A stretch of DNA of 64,000 nt, taken from positions 496,001 to 560,000 of the forward strand of contig NW_026867447.1 of the NCBI RefSeq assembly GCF_020745735.1, written 5' to 3'. The position numbers and the translations under genes were made by a program. Source of the DNA: Hemiscyllium ocellatum (lineage: Eukaryota). Under the pieces are notes generated by a model. It was not told the origin of the DNA, ran no database searches, and saw only the letters and a list, made by a program, of their open reading frames with translations. Below are positions 22,961 to 35,431 of the stretch, piece after piece (the first letter of the stretch is position 1; each line of letters starts with the position of its first letter).

Positions 22961-24761
22961 CTGCCGTATCTTTGATGGTGGGAGGGGCTTTGAACATAAA
23001 TTATTCAATTTACTGGTGATGGTTAGTAGCAGAAAATAAAGAGACTGTGGGGGACTTGGGTGATGGGAAATAAAAGGTTACATTGTGTGGAAAGAAAATT
23101 CTGGATATAAACAAGAATTTTAAAAAACGAACTCCACTCTGTCTGCCCAGCTCTTGCCTTCACCTCTGTACCTCCAGAGTACTTTCCTTTTATTTTGATG
23201 AGTTCAAGTTAGTCTCACCCGCTGTTTTGTACTTGCCAACCATTTGTTAACGGGTGTTTGCTGTTACAGAATGTAGGCTGCCTTACTGTGTACGTTCTCA
23301 GAGTTCAGTGTTTGGAGTCCTTGTTGTTTCAACCTGTGCTTTGGTCCATCATGCAAAATTACAGAAAAATATTAACAGCAATTTAAGGTAAAATGTTAGG
23401 ATATTGGAAGAACAGCTAAGAGCATCAAGTTTGACAGAGGGGTTGTGGGAAAGGACATGGAAAGCAGCAGGGTTTCCAGAACTTCTGATCTTTGTCTTCT
23501 CTGATCGAAATCAACCTGTGATTGATCATTTTTGAGGATTGTTATTCATTAATATCGGTGTGTCAGATAGATCTCCGTCTCAGGGAGGGGTGACGTGCTT
23601 CTTTGTTTTGTGATGAACTCAGAGGAACATACAATAGTAAGGGGGTAAACCCAAAGGGGGTGAAGGAGCAGAGGATCCTCCATGTGTATGTGCACAAATC
23701 AGGGAATGTACCATGATACGTGGACAGAAGAGCAACTAAACCCTACTTCATCAATAACACCGTAGAGAACAAACACAAAGCAATTATGTTAAACTGAAAT
23801 CAAACAGTCTCTTGTCTCACCTGGAATGTTGCATCTAGTTTCAGGGGCCACGTTTTTGACAAAAGGCAAAATTATGAGATTGGGTGCGTGACTGATTCAC
23901 AACACTATTCCCGGGATGATGCACCTCACCAACTCTGAGAAATTGAGAATGTTCTCCTCTGCTGATAGTTTCCAGACTCTGTGAACAGTTGCTATGATTG
24001 GTTCCCAACTCCATCTTGCATCATATAGATCCCAATGGCTGAATATTTCAGGGACTCATGAGCTCTGACTTGCCTGATCAACATCGACCTCTGATTTATT
24101 ATTTTTGAGGGTTGCTGTTCAGTAATATCCCTGTATCAGATAGATCCCAGTCTCATTCCCTGGGATTTGACAGGTGTGGTGTGTCAAATAGATCCCAGGA
24201 ATAGTGCTCCATGAGATTTATGTGTGAGGAAAAACTCCAGTTCTGAGAATCCGCCCTTGGATTGTGCACGTGTTGTGTCTGACTACCTGACTGAACGTTG
24301 ACATTTTTGGCTGATCAATGCTTCGTTGGGCGCTTTAGGTGGCGATTTATGCATTACTAACCCAGGCTGTCCGGACATTGGGAGTACATGTAGTTTAGAC
24401 GGTGTAGAGTAAACTTTCAAACTCCTTTGCCTGCCTTTTATAGGCTTCTGGTGGAGCAAAGCTCCTCATTTGTATCATTACGTGACCCGAGGCCGTGACC
24501 TTTGGTGCATAAGAGGAAATGTTCTCTAATCATTCTGCCTCTGGAGTGTTCCATCAGGCATATCGTGTGAAAGATGCATTTACATTAGTGGGCGGCATGG
24601 CAGCGCAACATTAAACTAAATGACTGGATGAAACACAACCAAACAGAACAAGTGAAAGTATTTGGCTGGGAAAGGAGTAGGATGTGGGAAAATGTTTGAT
24701 TACTGACTGGCCTTGAAGAAAGAATTAAGCAAACTCAAGGTTAGTGCATATTCATTCGAGA

Positions 24762-24767
24762 TTTATT
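24762..24767 (-). terminator. Candidate poly(A) signal of the membrane-form IgM mRNA
   Basis: First AATAAA I found on the minus strand after the TM2 stop (~430 nt downstream). Confidence 0.45.
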
Positions 24768-25196
24768 AACCATTTCAGAAAGCATTTTTATCCAAAAAGT
24801 TGATGTAAAAGCTAACAGAAGTGAATATAATGGTTGGGTGCCACATTGAGATGAGAACACATGCGCTGTGAGGTGGGAATTTTCTGTACATCAGTAACAG
24901 TCACAAGAAAGGGAATACAAAGGCTCATCAGAAAGGGTAGGCAACCATTCTGAGTAAGGAACAAATAAAAACAAAACAAATGGGCTTCAAACAACAGGGA
25001 AGCTACAAATTCTTCCAACCACAACCATTTCAAAGATATCAAAGTAAAAACGAAAATCCATCAATTATTGTCTCAGTTACACACTGATAAACTGAAGTGA
25101 TCTCACTGTGAGAGTCAGCAACAGGACAGATTGTAGATTGGGAATTCAGAGACCTTGATAAGCAGATCAGGAAAATCAAAGGGGTCCACAACTCAT

Positions 25197-25205
25197 TCAC
25201 TTAAC
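25197..25205 (-). CDS. IGHM: IgM TM2 exon coding part (VK*)
   Basis: Pyrimidine tract CTCTCTTTTCCAG|GTT AAG TGA; 139-nt intron from TM1. Confidence 0.9.
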   Translation of the reverse strand, partial: VK

Positions 25206-25344
25206 CTGGAAAAGAGAGATAAAGCAATGACACAGATATTTATGATCAGGGACTTTCAGATTTAATGTTTATTCAATGGCACACTTAGAGATTTCACAAA
25301 ACATATTGGGCTGTTTGGCATGAGAAAGATGTGATTATTCTCAC

Positions 25345-25472
25345 CTTCACCAGAGTGACGGCAGCGCTGTAGAAAATACTCAGGAAGAACAAGGTGATGA
25401 ACGTGGAAGCAGTTGTCCAGATGTTGCTGTTATCATCCTCATAGTCTTCAATCCAAGTGCGATCTATTGAAT
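25345..25472 (-). CDS. IGHM: IgM TM1 exon
   Basis: CATAG|ATTCA ... GTGAAG|GTGAG. Encodes DSIDRTWIEDYEDDNSNIWTTASTFITLFFLSIFYSAAVTLVK, the conserved antigen-receptor TM motif. Confidence 0.97.
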
Positions 25473-25979
25473 CTATGAATATAAAGCCGAGAGAACGCAT
25501 TTAGATCGTTTATTGATCCAGATCGATCTATGTGTATCCAAGTCATGTAATTAGAGACCATTACATCTTCATAAAGCAGTCAGGTATTTCTCAAGTGTGA
25601 CTCTTATCTGTATCCATCAGTGCATTATTGACTCTCAGCAAGAAATTACAAATACTGACTGCACATGTTCTTTCTTCATTGTCCATGTCAGAATGTTTTA
25701 AATTAATTTTCTTTTAATCTATTATTTAAGGATATTATTATTTGAGGAATGCTTATTACGAATGATTATTTTAATTATATCATTATATTTTAAATATAGG
25801 CTGTGACAGCACTTTAGTTGAAAATTGTGGCCATCACTGAATAAAAGTTCAAATGTGATTCTCACCTTTATGTATTGGTGACCAATTGCTTGGCAAATCG
25901 TGAATATAAGTGACATCACAGTCAGGACATTGCTTCATATTTTTGTTTGTAGGATCTGTATATTTAGGAATAAGTTTTT

Positions 25980-27070
25980 GTACATGTGTCCCTTAATTTA
26001 TTTGACCTACTGCTTGGTGTGTTTGGTTTCCCTTTAATGGTTGTGTACGTGGTTGAGTGCCTCTTACTTCACTCTTGCCCATGTTGGAGTCTGTGCATGA
26101 ATAAACATATTCCTGTTCCTTTACTGCTAGTGTTCTCATGTGTTTGTGCACCGAAATTTTGGTCTTTTCACATTGTGTAAGCATCATTATGCGAGTATGC
26201 CACTTCATTGCTGCCTATGCTTATCTTGTAATGTCTTTGTGAGTGTTCACTTTTCATTAGTGCTATCTAAAATGTGTGCTTATGTGTCTGTTTCAGGTCC
26301 TACCTAAACTAGGTTATTTTCATGTTATGCTTAATAAATGTTAGCATGCAACGTCATGTTTTGATGGATGTTTATATTTATATGATGATGTCTGCTTGTG
26401 TGGCAATCTTTCCCAAACCATCTCCTGAGAAGCTTGTTTGTGTTAGTGTTTGTGGATGCTTGCTGATGCTTGTGCTCATTATCCTTATTTAATAAACGCC
26501 CCTCTATTTATTGATCTATGCACTTGTGTGTCTGCATGTGAGACTCGGAATTTGTGTGTACGTGTGACATTGTATACATGCTGATCAATGTGGTTTAAAA
26601 ATAACTAATTAAGCTGCCTCTGTCATCGTATGTTTGTGATTCTGAAAATGGGAAAATAATGATATTAATGTTTATCTCTGTGCACTTACGTGCCTGTATG
26701 AGTTGACATGTGGGAGGACATTTTTTGGAATTTGTATCTGTGTGTTCATGCGTGTATGTCTGTACGCATTGTGCTGTATGAATGTATATGTATTCATGCC
26801 CATTTGTGTGTTACCGTGTGTCTATATTTCTCATGGTTATGTGTGAGTACCCCTGATCATTTGTTCAAATAATTTTCTTTCGGTGTATGTGAGTTTTTGT
26901 ATGAGCTTAGGTGAGTGTTCAAGTACCACTTGCATGTGTGGCTCTGTGCGAGTATGCATGTGTGACATCTTATCTGTATGCACATTTGAGTGTGCACATC
27001 AATATGTGTCTTTAGGTGAGAGCCCATATATGTGTCATTCCGTGTGTATTTGCGATCATCTCTCTGTATC
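25980..27070. repeat. Degenerate (TG/CA)-rich low-complexity tract
   Basis: Dense TGTG/TATG/TGCA words on the plus strand with no fixed period. Confidence 0.7.
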
Positions 27071-28199
27071 TGTTCTTATACCAGACTGCAATTTTTATTA
27101 TTCTAATTTATTGTTCTAATTTTAATGGATTGCCTATAATTAGATTTGACCTTGGTGTTGTAGGAAACATTTCCCATCGTCGTGAAGAGATAAGCGTTTT
27201 ATGAGCAACTCTTCTGTTGCAGTGATAGAATTTCTGTCTCTGAGAGAAAAGGCGTGAGTTCAAATCCCCACTGCCCCAGAGATAACATTTCTGAATATGT
27301 TTATTAGAAAATGTCTACTTGTGTTCTGTATGTGAAACAAAATGATATCAGGTATTCGAATACCAGAATTGATCCCATGTGCTCCAGAAAACTGAGACAA
27401 AACTACAGAATTCAAACCGGGACAATGCAAACACCAGTTTTGGATTAGGGGAATCAATGTTAATCATTTGTTAACAGAGCCCAAGCATGTCCAACATGTT
27501 TCAAAGGTATTATTTTGCATGGAAATGTTAAATCTTTGGACAGTAAGCAAGAAGCTGACTGTTCCTGTTAGTAACGGGGTTACATTACAGAGGACATCTA
27601 CCATGAAAACTCTGCACAGGGAGCAAGAGGACAGACCATTCATCGTTCCCCTCCCCTCTGCTCCACGACAACTTATCTGTCGATTCTCTTTGGTGTGAAA
27701 GTGAAGCTACATTCTGTCAACTCATGCACTGGTGCAAGATCCCTGGCAGTTCCCCAGAAACAACGGTTACATTCAAACTGTTCTGCACTCTTTACGATTG
27801 GTATGTTCCAATCAAATTTAATTTTAAAGTGTCTTAAATTTACATTTCCAATTGGTGCAATGTGGCAGTTTAAAACTGACATGAATTTTATAAGAATGTC
27901 CAATCAGGGGAATCAAGAACACCAAGTTCAAAACTCATGCTCTACCCTTGACATAAAATGGACATTGTCAGATTTTGTCACAGAGGGATTTAGGATGGAT
28001 AAGGTACTTGGCGGAATCCTGCAATGAGTGAGCTTTACTCTGTCTCTGACCCAGGGTGTATCTGAGCAGAGAACATTAACTGCACAAGACACTTGTCCTA
28101 GACCTGTTAATAACCCACTTTAACTACACAGATGGAATGTAAGTCAGAGTGAGAAACAACTCATTCAGTATTTAACTCACAACTGGAGGAAAAAGAAAC

Positions 28200-28246
28200 T
28201 TTATTACTTCTGTTGAATTATTAAATGCAACTTTGAGATTTTTATT
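28200..28246 (-). terminator. Secretory-form poly(A) signals
   Basis: AATAAA overlapping the stop codon (28241-28246) and a second AATAAA at 28200-28205 followed by T/GT-rich sequence. Confidence 0.75.
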
Positions 28247-28633
28247 GACATGAATTAACAGTGTCCATCAGTGCAAGTGAAATGTTTACGAAACTCGGTT
28301 TACCGCTGGATTTATCGACTGTTCTGTTGATGATCTTCAATGGAATCGCTTCATGTCCCACCACACAGGAGTAAGAAGCACCGCTGGCCCACTCCTCCGC
28401 TGTAATGGATAACAGGCTGTAGATGAAGAAGGAAGTGTTGTCACTCTCTGCCATCACCTCGGTGTTCTTGTAGTTACTGGGATTCACCGGCTTGTCATTG
28501 TTTGTCCACTTGACGAAGATCTCTCGGGGGGAGAAACCTCTCACTAAACAGGTGAGGGAGAGAAACCTCTGAGCGGAGATTTCTTCTGTTGGTGGCAGGA
28601 GGACCGACACTGATGGCTCCAGCGGATTAATCA
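28242..28633 (-). CDS. IGHM: IgM Cmu4 exon with secretory tailpiece
   Basis: TGCAG|TGATT acceptor. [15 protein letters not shown]...[17 protein letters not shown]...[12 protein letters not shown]...DKSSG, tail [19 protein letters not shown] (N-glycan sequon, penultimate Cys). Internal donor G|GTAAA at 28304/28303 for the membrane form. Confidence 0.98.
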
Positions 28634-29080
28634 CTGCAGAATATTTGAGACAAATATAAATCAATCAAAAACATCCTGAACCAATATCACAATTTCACTC
28701 AATATTAAAATACGCCATTTTTAATTTGGGATTTATTCACTTTTGTTTTCTAAAAGAGTACACATTCTGTTCAGTAAAAAAAGTAAAGTTTAATGTGAAA
28801 GTTGCCTCCATGTTTCCAGCCCACAACAAGGGCATTCTGTCCAATTGTCATTGCTGATGGTGACATCACAACCCAGGTTTCTTCCCACCTTATCTGATTT
28901 AATCAGAATACAATATCCTTTGGTCCATCTTTTTCTTAATCAGCTACTTAGTTATCCTGCCTTCAGATGCATCATAAATGCTCCCAACGGTGTTTGTTCA
29001 TTCCCAATCAAAGCCTGCCATTGATGTAACTGGATCTGGATTACACATGGGATGCTTTGTGTTTTAATCTCACCGCTCAC

Positions 29081-29389
29081 CTTTCTCCTTGTGGATGGAG
29101 TCTCTCAGCGGAGTCGGTAGATTTTGATGGTTCACCACACATTCAAAAGTAACACCACTCAGCCAGGCTTCAGTAGAAATGTCTAATTTGCTGATCACGC
29201 TGTCGGGATTCTGTCCAGGCTGGTCAGCAATCTCTGAGCTCAGAGGCTTCTTATCTTGTTTCCAGGTCACGCTGACTCCAGGAAGAAAATTGGACACAAC
29301 GCAGGTTAACGTCACCGTCGCTTCCAGTAAGACTTGTTCGATTGGCGGTGGGAGGATTTTAACGGTGTGAGGGTGGCACTCGGTATCTT
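29081..29389 (-). CDS. IGHM: IgM Cmu3 exon
   Basis: CATAG|AAGAT ... AAAG|GTGAG; 309 nt, phase 1-1. [30 protein letters not shown]...W...FECVVNH. Confidence 0.97.
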
Positions 29390-30665
29390 CTATGAAACAA
29401 AAATCAAAGTCAATGAAAAATGCCCCTTTATGATACAAACACCTAATCTTCAGATTACTTCTTCACAGGGTGAAGACACCACCTTCAAAATGGCAACTCC
29501 AACCATTGCTGAAACAATGCTTACTCTTGTTGATGTATTTTGATTTGTGAAAGCATTTGTGATTACCTGTGACATACCCTGTGTAATTATTCCAAAAGAA
29601 CACTGGCTTTGTAACAAGTGAAAGCTGTGAAAAAAGTAAAATCATCGAAGATACCATGATGTAACCCATGGAATTACCTTTCTTTCAGAGTTTGTCTCTC
29701 ACTTAAGACCATCTATTGATACTTGTGACAAGAGTAATCTGAATATAATGAGTTCATTTCCATGTTCATAACCCTTAGGTGCAAGTGCTGCTGGTCACGC
29801 TGACTGCCAAATCACATCCCAAATTTTGGACAAATTATAAGAAATAATAATTATTCTCTTTGCAGAGTTCTAAAGTGCTACAGGAGCAGTGAATATCCAT
29901 GGAAATTCTGTTCATTATATTTAACGTGATCAAAAATACTTTGCGTTATTGGTGTGATGTCATTCTCTAATTTATGTCATTGTTCCTCGTGGGCTGAGTT
30001 TGGAGTAGATCTGAAAACAAGGCACTGAGTACAGCATTGGATATCGAGAAGGACACCCATCTCCTTAAGTCTTTCCCTCCATTCAGTTAGTTCATGACTG
30101 GTCTGTACTTTCACTTTATTTACCAAGCTGCATTTTTTAATTTCTTCATAGAGCAGGGGAGAAAAAAAACCAAACAAAAGCGTCTTAAATTAATCTACAA
30201 ACGTGATGGAAATGTACACTAATTTTATAGACATCCACTACCCACTGTGTAAACATCGCCACCCCAAACCAGGCTAAATCAGCCTGTCTCGAGTTCCTCG
30301 TTCATTCATCCCTATTGTAGCATTCTTACCAGAATTTATTCTCCTGCCTCATCCACTAATTACAGAGAGCATCTTAAAGAGGCTCAGTGAGATCACGTTT
30401 ATCCCAGTTCATCAAATGTGATACCCACTTGGTCTGTGGTCTGATCCCATAAATGAAATTAAAGAGCTCAGTACCAGATAAAAATCGATGTCGTACAATG
30501 TCCAAGGCCAACAGGTCATTCCTGAGCAGGGAGTGAAGCATTGAACGCATTTTGATTTATTTTCAAGTTAGGGTCACTGCATATTTTAACCACGTCATTT
30601 TGAGACCACAACATCATAAGATAGAGGATCAGAATAAGGCTGTTCGGCCAATCCAGAGTTTAGAT

Positions 30666-30752
30666 CAGAATGATGCTGGAAAAGCACAGCAGGTCAGGCA
30701 GCATCCGACGAGCAGGAAAATCGACATTTGGGCTAAAGCCATTCTATGGTCT
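30666..30752 (-). mobile_element. PLE tail fragment
   Basis: GCTGGAAAAGCACAGCAGGTCAGGCAGCATCC, same family as 1205-1342. Confidence 0.7.
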
Positions 30753-31369
30753 TCTCCCCACAATAAACAAGAACCGATCCATCTCTGGCTTGAATATACA
30801 CAATGGCCTGGTCTCCACAGCCCTCTGCAGCAACAAGTTCCACAGATTCATCACCCTCTGGCTGAAGAAATTCCTCCCCATCTCAGTTCTAAACAGTGCC
30901 CCTTTGACCCTGAGACTGTGCCCTTGGATCCTAGTCTCGCCTACCAGTCAAAACATCTATTTACATTCACTCGACCTCAGTCTCTCAGTATTTTCTATGT
31001 TTCAATTAGATATCTCTCCAATATCCCCCCTCCACCCCCAAACTTATCCTTGAAGCCACTACCAGGCAAGGATTCATCACTCTGAATGCCTCTCCCAGCA
31101 TGGTCAGGCAACAAACTATTTAACAAACTATTTAACAAAGCTCACTGTCTATATATCTACCTTCAACAGAGAGGAAACATGCTTTTCTGACTTGCCAAAA
31201 TGTTGAATTATGAGCAATGCTAATGTAACATTCAAACTGAAATGAGATACGTGACATGCTGGGAAATGAGAAGCTGTACCGTGCTGTTTACCACGCCTGA
31301 TAAATTAGTGTGTTTGATTCACATCAGAGTTCAGAGTGATTTGTAGCTCTCCCAGTATGTGTCTCTTAC

Positions 31370-31681
31370 CCTGGAGTGCGGTGATGTTTTTACTTTGAAT
31401 GTTCTCTTCGTGAGTGACCTGGCAGGTATAGACTGCGCTGTTGTACCATTCACCATAAGGGACCATCAGCCGACTCGTCACCGAGAAGTTCCCGTTCGCC
31501 TCACACACGGGAGACGTGAAGAAGCCAGAATCCAAGCGTCGGCCATTTTTCAACCAAGTCACGTTGATTGCCTTCGGATGGAAATCGATGATTGAACAAA
31601 CGACAGTTGCAAACTTGCTGCTTGCGATTTCTTCACTGGAGCTCACAGTTAGGAGAAGAGTTGGTGGGAGAGGACCTGTAC
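31370..31681 (-). CDS. IGHM: IgM Cmu2 exon
   Basis: TAAAG|GTACA ... CAGG|GTAAG; 312 nt. [19 protein letters not shown]...[17 protein letters not shown]...YTCQVTH. Confidence 0.97.
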
Positions 31682-31789
31682 CTTTAGGAAACACATCGCA
31701 TAAATTATCTGATGAATTTCATAACAAATACAATCAGTTCTCATATATCAAGGTTTCTTGTGATTAATGGATACAAGAATCATAATTGT

Positions 31790-34710
31790 GCAGAGTGCTG
31801 GAGAAGCTGGGATCCACACAGAAAGATCATCAGGACAATGTGAAAGGCTAAAATTATAGGACACAGCAAGGGAGTCAAGGAGGCATAGAAACTATAGGCC
31901 GGTAACATCAGAAGGGAGATAGCAACATTGGATGGTATTCGTTTTAATGACAGAGTCTGATGATCAAGGCAGATGAATTACCGGCATAAATGAGGAAATG
32001 ATGCTGTTGCTATCACGGAGACATATTGAGAGCGGGGCAGGAGTGGCTATTCAATTTTCCAGGATTTAGTGCCTTCAGGCGAGACAGGGAAAGATGGAAA
32101 AGGATGGGGGCAGGGGTTTGCGGCACGGAATGTTGCTTCTGTCACAATTCTGACAAGAGTATTTTAGGCTGTAAAGAGAAATGAAATCATAGATACCTCC
32201 TCGAACAAAGGCAAATGGACAGTACTTCAAAACCAAAATACAGCAAACATAACTACTGGGAGAGCACGATAGGCCTTACTATAGATCCAAAAGACCAAGT
32301 GCAAATACATGGATAAATTTCAGAGATATGTAAATTAAATAGGGGAATGAGAAAAGAGGTTTTTAACTTCCTCAGCATAGGCTTGGATATTCATTTTGTC
32401 TAACGTTTAGAGGGAGCACAATTCTGAAAATGCCCCCAGGAGAATATTTAAACAAAGTATGTGTTAATACAGAGAATTTTAATCCAGACCTTGCAAGAGA
32501 GGGGTGAACCTGAACTTAACTTTTGGGAATGAAGTCGACCCAGTGGGTAAAACATCAATGGTGGTGCACTTTGCAGACAGTGATCGTAAATCAGTTGGAT
32601 TTCAGATTGTACTGCAAAGGAATAGAAATTGGCCCAAAGTTCTGAAAAGGGGAAGGACAATTTTAGTAAGATCAGGTAATGACTTAACCAGAGTGGACTG
32701 GAAGCTGACACTTATTGGTAAATCTGAGTCAGAGCAGTGTGAAACATTTAAGAAAGAGACAGGAAAATCATAGGGAGGACATTTCCCAGGAAGCCACTGA
32801 ATGGGACCAAGAATGTAACGTGCTCTGGATACCAAAGGGCATGGAGGGTGAGATAAGGAGAAACAAGGGAGGCTTCCTGTCTATACTGAAATCTCAAAAC
32901 AATAGAAATTAGTATGGAGTACAGAACGCGCAAGGGGGAGTTTGAAAGACAAAGGAATTAGAAGAGCAAAAGGGACCATGAGAAAATAATAGGAGTCAAA
33001 ATAAAGGAAAATATTTTTAAAAGTTACAGGCTCATTCATAATAAAAGAATTATTCGGGAAACAGTAATGCCCATTAAGTGTTATTATTGGAGTGGAGCCG
33101 GAGGATTAGGTTGTGGTCAAAACGAATGTGTTGTGTCAGTGTTCACTAGTAAGAGGGACAATGTGGGGACAGAAATCATGGAGGAGTGTTGTGATGTACT
33201 TTCAGAAATTAGGGCACATGACGTGATGTTCTGTGTTGTCTTGCTAAATGAAAAGTGGTTATATTTCCAGGGCAGATGAAAAGTATACCAAGCGGTTGAG
33301 CGATGCAAGGGATGAAATAGTTGGGTCGCTAACAATAATTTAGAATTACTGTCTGGCCACAGCAGTTGTGCCAAGTGAGTGTAGATCAGCCAACGTTGCA
33401 CTGTTACGCAGGACAAAGGAAGGGATAAATAATGAAAACACAGATCTGTCAAGCTAGTCTCAGTGGTAGGGAAACTATTGAAAAGTGAAATTAGTCTTCA
33501 TTTGGAAGATAAATCAACAATTTTCAGCATAGTTTTATTGAGAGAAAGTCATGTGTAACAATTTGATAGTAGTTTTCAGAGAGATAACTCGATGTCCAGA
33601 TGATAGCAATAATCAGAGCCAATGGGATCCGAGTTAATTTGACAGATTGGATCGAGAACTGGCTGAGTGATGGGAGCAGGGGATAATAGTCATCGGGTGT
33701 CTGGGTGACTGGGAATCTATGTCTCCTGGTGTTCTGTAGGGATTGGGGTTGATTTCCACGTTATTTCTCTTACATACCAATGATTGAGACTCAAATTTAG
33801 GAGGATTAACCAGTGAATTCACAGATGAAATGAAAACTGTCATGTTGGTAAGTCATGAGCATTATGGCTTTAGATTGTAGGAGGATATAAAAGGGTTGGT
33901 TGTATGTGAAGAGAAGTTGCAAATGGAAATTATTCTGGATAAATGTAAGGTAATGTAATTCGGCAGAAGAATCTGTGAGGTATGACATTTTGAATGGTGG
34001 AACCCTGGAAAGGCCTGAGGATCTTTGGTGCATGTACCCACCGATCCCCTATAGTACTGTGTCGTCTGGATAAAGAGACTAAGGAGGTGGGAGGATATTT
34101 GCTTTTATTAGCCTAGACATTGACAATGAAGAATCGGGAGATGATACTGGAACTTGATAGAACACTGGTTAGGCCATACTGAAGCGTTGTGTGCATGTTA
34201 TCGAAGGAATGTGATTACACTGAAGGCAGTATTGATGAGATTTGCCAGGATCTTGCCTGGGTTGGAGGGTTTTAGTTATGAAACTAGATGAGATAGACAG
34301 GGGTTTTCCTTGGAGCAGAGGAGAATTAGGGAGAAGATTATCATGATGTCTAGAATTATTTTAGGCATAGACTGGGTAAACTGGATGAAACCTTTCCCCT
34401 TGATGGAGAGATCAATGCCTCAGGGGCACAGGGTGAAGGTAAGGCCAGGAGGTTCCAAGTGGATCTCAGGGGAAAACAAAATCAAACAGAGGGTGGTGTT
34501 AGCCTGGAGCTCAGCACCTATAAGTCATGTAGAGACTGAGCCCCTCATAATAAGTATGAAGTATTGAGATGCATCCTTGCAAGGGCAAGTCACACAAGGC
34601 AATGGATCATGTGCTGGCACATGAGACTGGAATAGTTAGGTGGCTGTTATTGATAGGCGTAAACTGGATGGATCAAAGGGCCTTTTTCCTGTACTGTATA
34701 AGGTGATTCT
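31790..34710 (+). mobile_element. Old, long CR1 LINE filling the Cmu1-Cmu2 intron (antisense to IgM)
   Basis: Collinear decayed matches to the endonuclease start (~31950), the RT QHGF/SC region (~33530) and the tail AAGGGCCTTTTTCCTGTACTG (~34680). Confidence 0.8.
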
Positions 34711-34787
34711 GTGAAAATGGTTATAAATAATGCCTTATTCATATTAATGCCAGATGCTCTGTTTATCTCAGTTCCCACAATACGTAC

Positions 34788-35096
34788 CTGGACATGGCAT
34801 TTCTTTGCTCTTGTGTGACCCGCTGTGTTGAACCTCACAGTAGATTTTGCTGGGGCAATCTACCGCTGACCCGGGCAGGGTTAACTGGCTGCTCAGGGTG
34901 TAGGTTCCCTTCTTGTTTCTCACTGATGGGTAAGTCTTCAATCCACCATTCGTGATTAGCACCCCACCTTTCTTCCAGGTTACCTTGGTGACGTCTGGGG
35001 AATAGTCCATCACCAAACAACCAAAGATTGTCGAACCGGTGCTGTGCTCCTCACAGGAGGAGACCAGGCCATAAAGCGTGGGGGGAGATGGTGTCT
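34788..35096 (-). CDS. IGHM: IgM Cmu1 exon
   Basis: TGTAG|AGACA ... CCAG|GTACG; 309 nt. [15 protein letters not shown]...[10 protein letters not shown]...W...[17 protein letters not shown]...IYCEVQH...MPCP. Confidence 0.97.
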
Positions 35097-35431
35097 CTAC
35101 AATAGAATGACCAATTGAGCATGTTAGTTTCTGTTAATTTGACCTTATCAGTTACTCAAATGTATCCTCAGCTGTAACCGTTTGCCAGTATGCTCCCGCT
35201 GAAGTCTACAGCATAACTGGAGTTTATTTTTGTTTCCTACCAGTTGCTGATCATGATCATTGGTTCCCTCTTGAGAAACATGCCCTCGACCTTGACCATT
35301 GCCATATAATTTAGGAAGAAGAACATCCTGATCCCACCCCAGTAACTGTTTGAAGATCTCACCAATTGACACTTTCATTGGATTGCTGTGAAGAGCAGAG
35401 AAGTTTCACAAAATACAAACCAAGGAAATGC

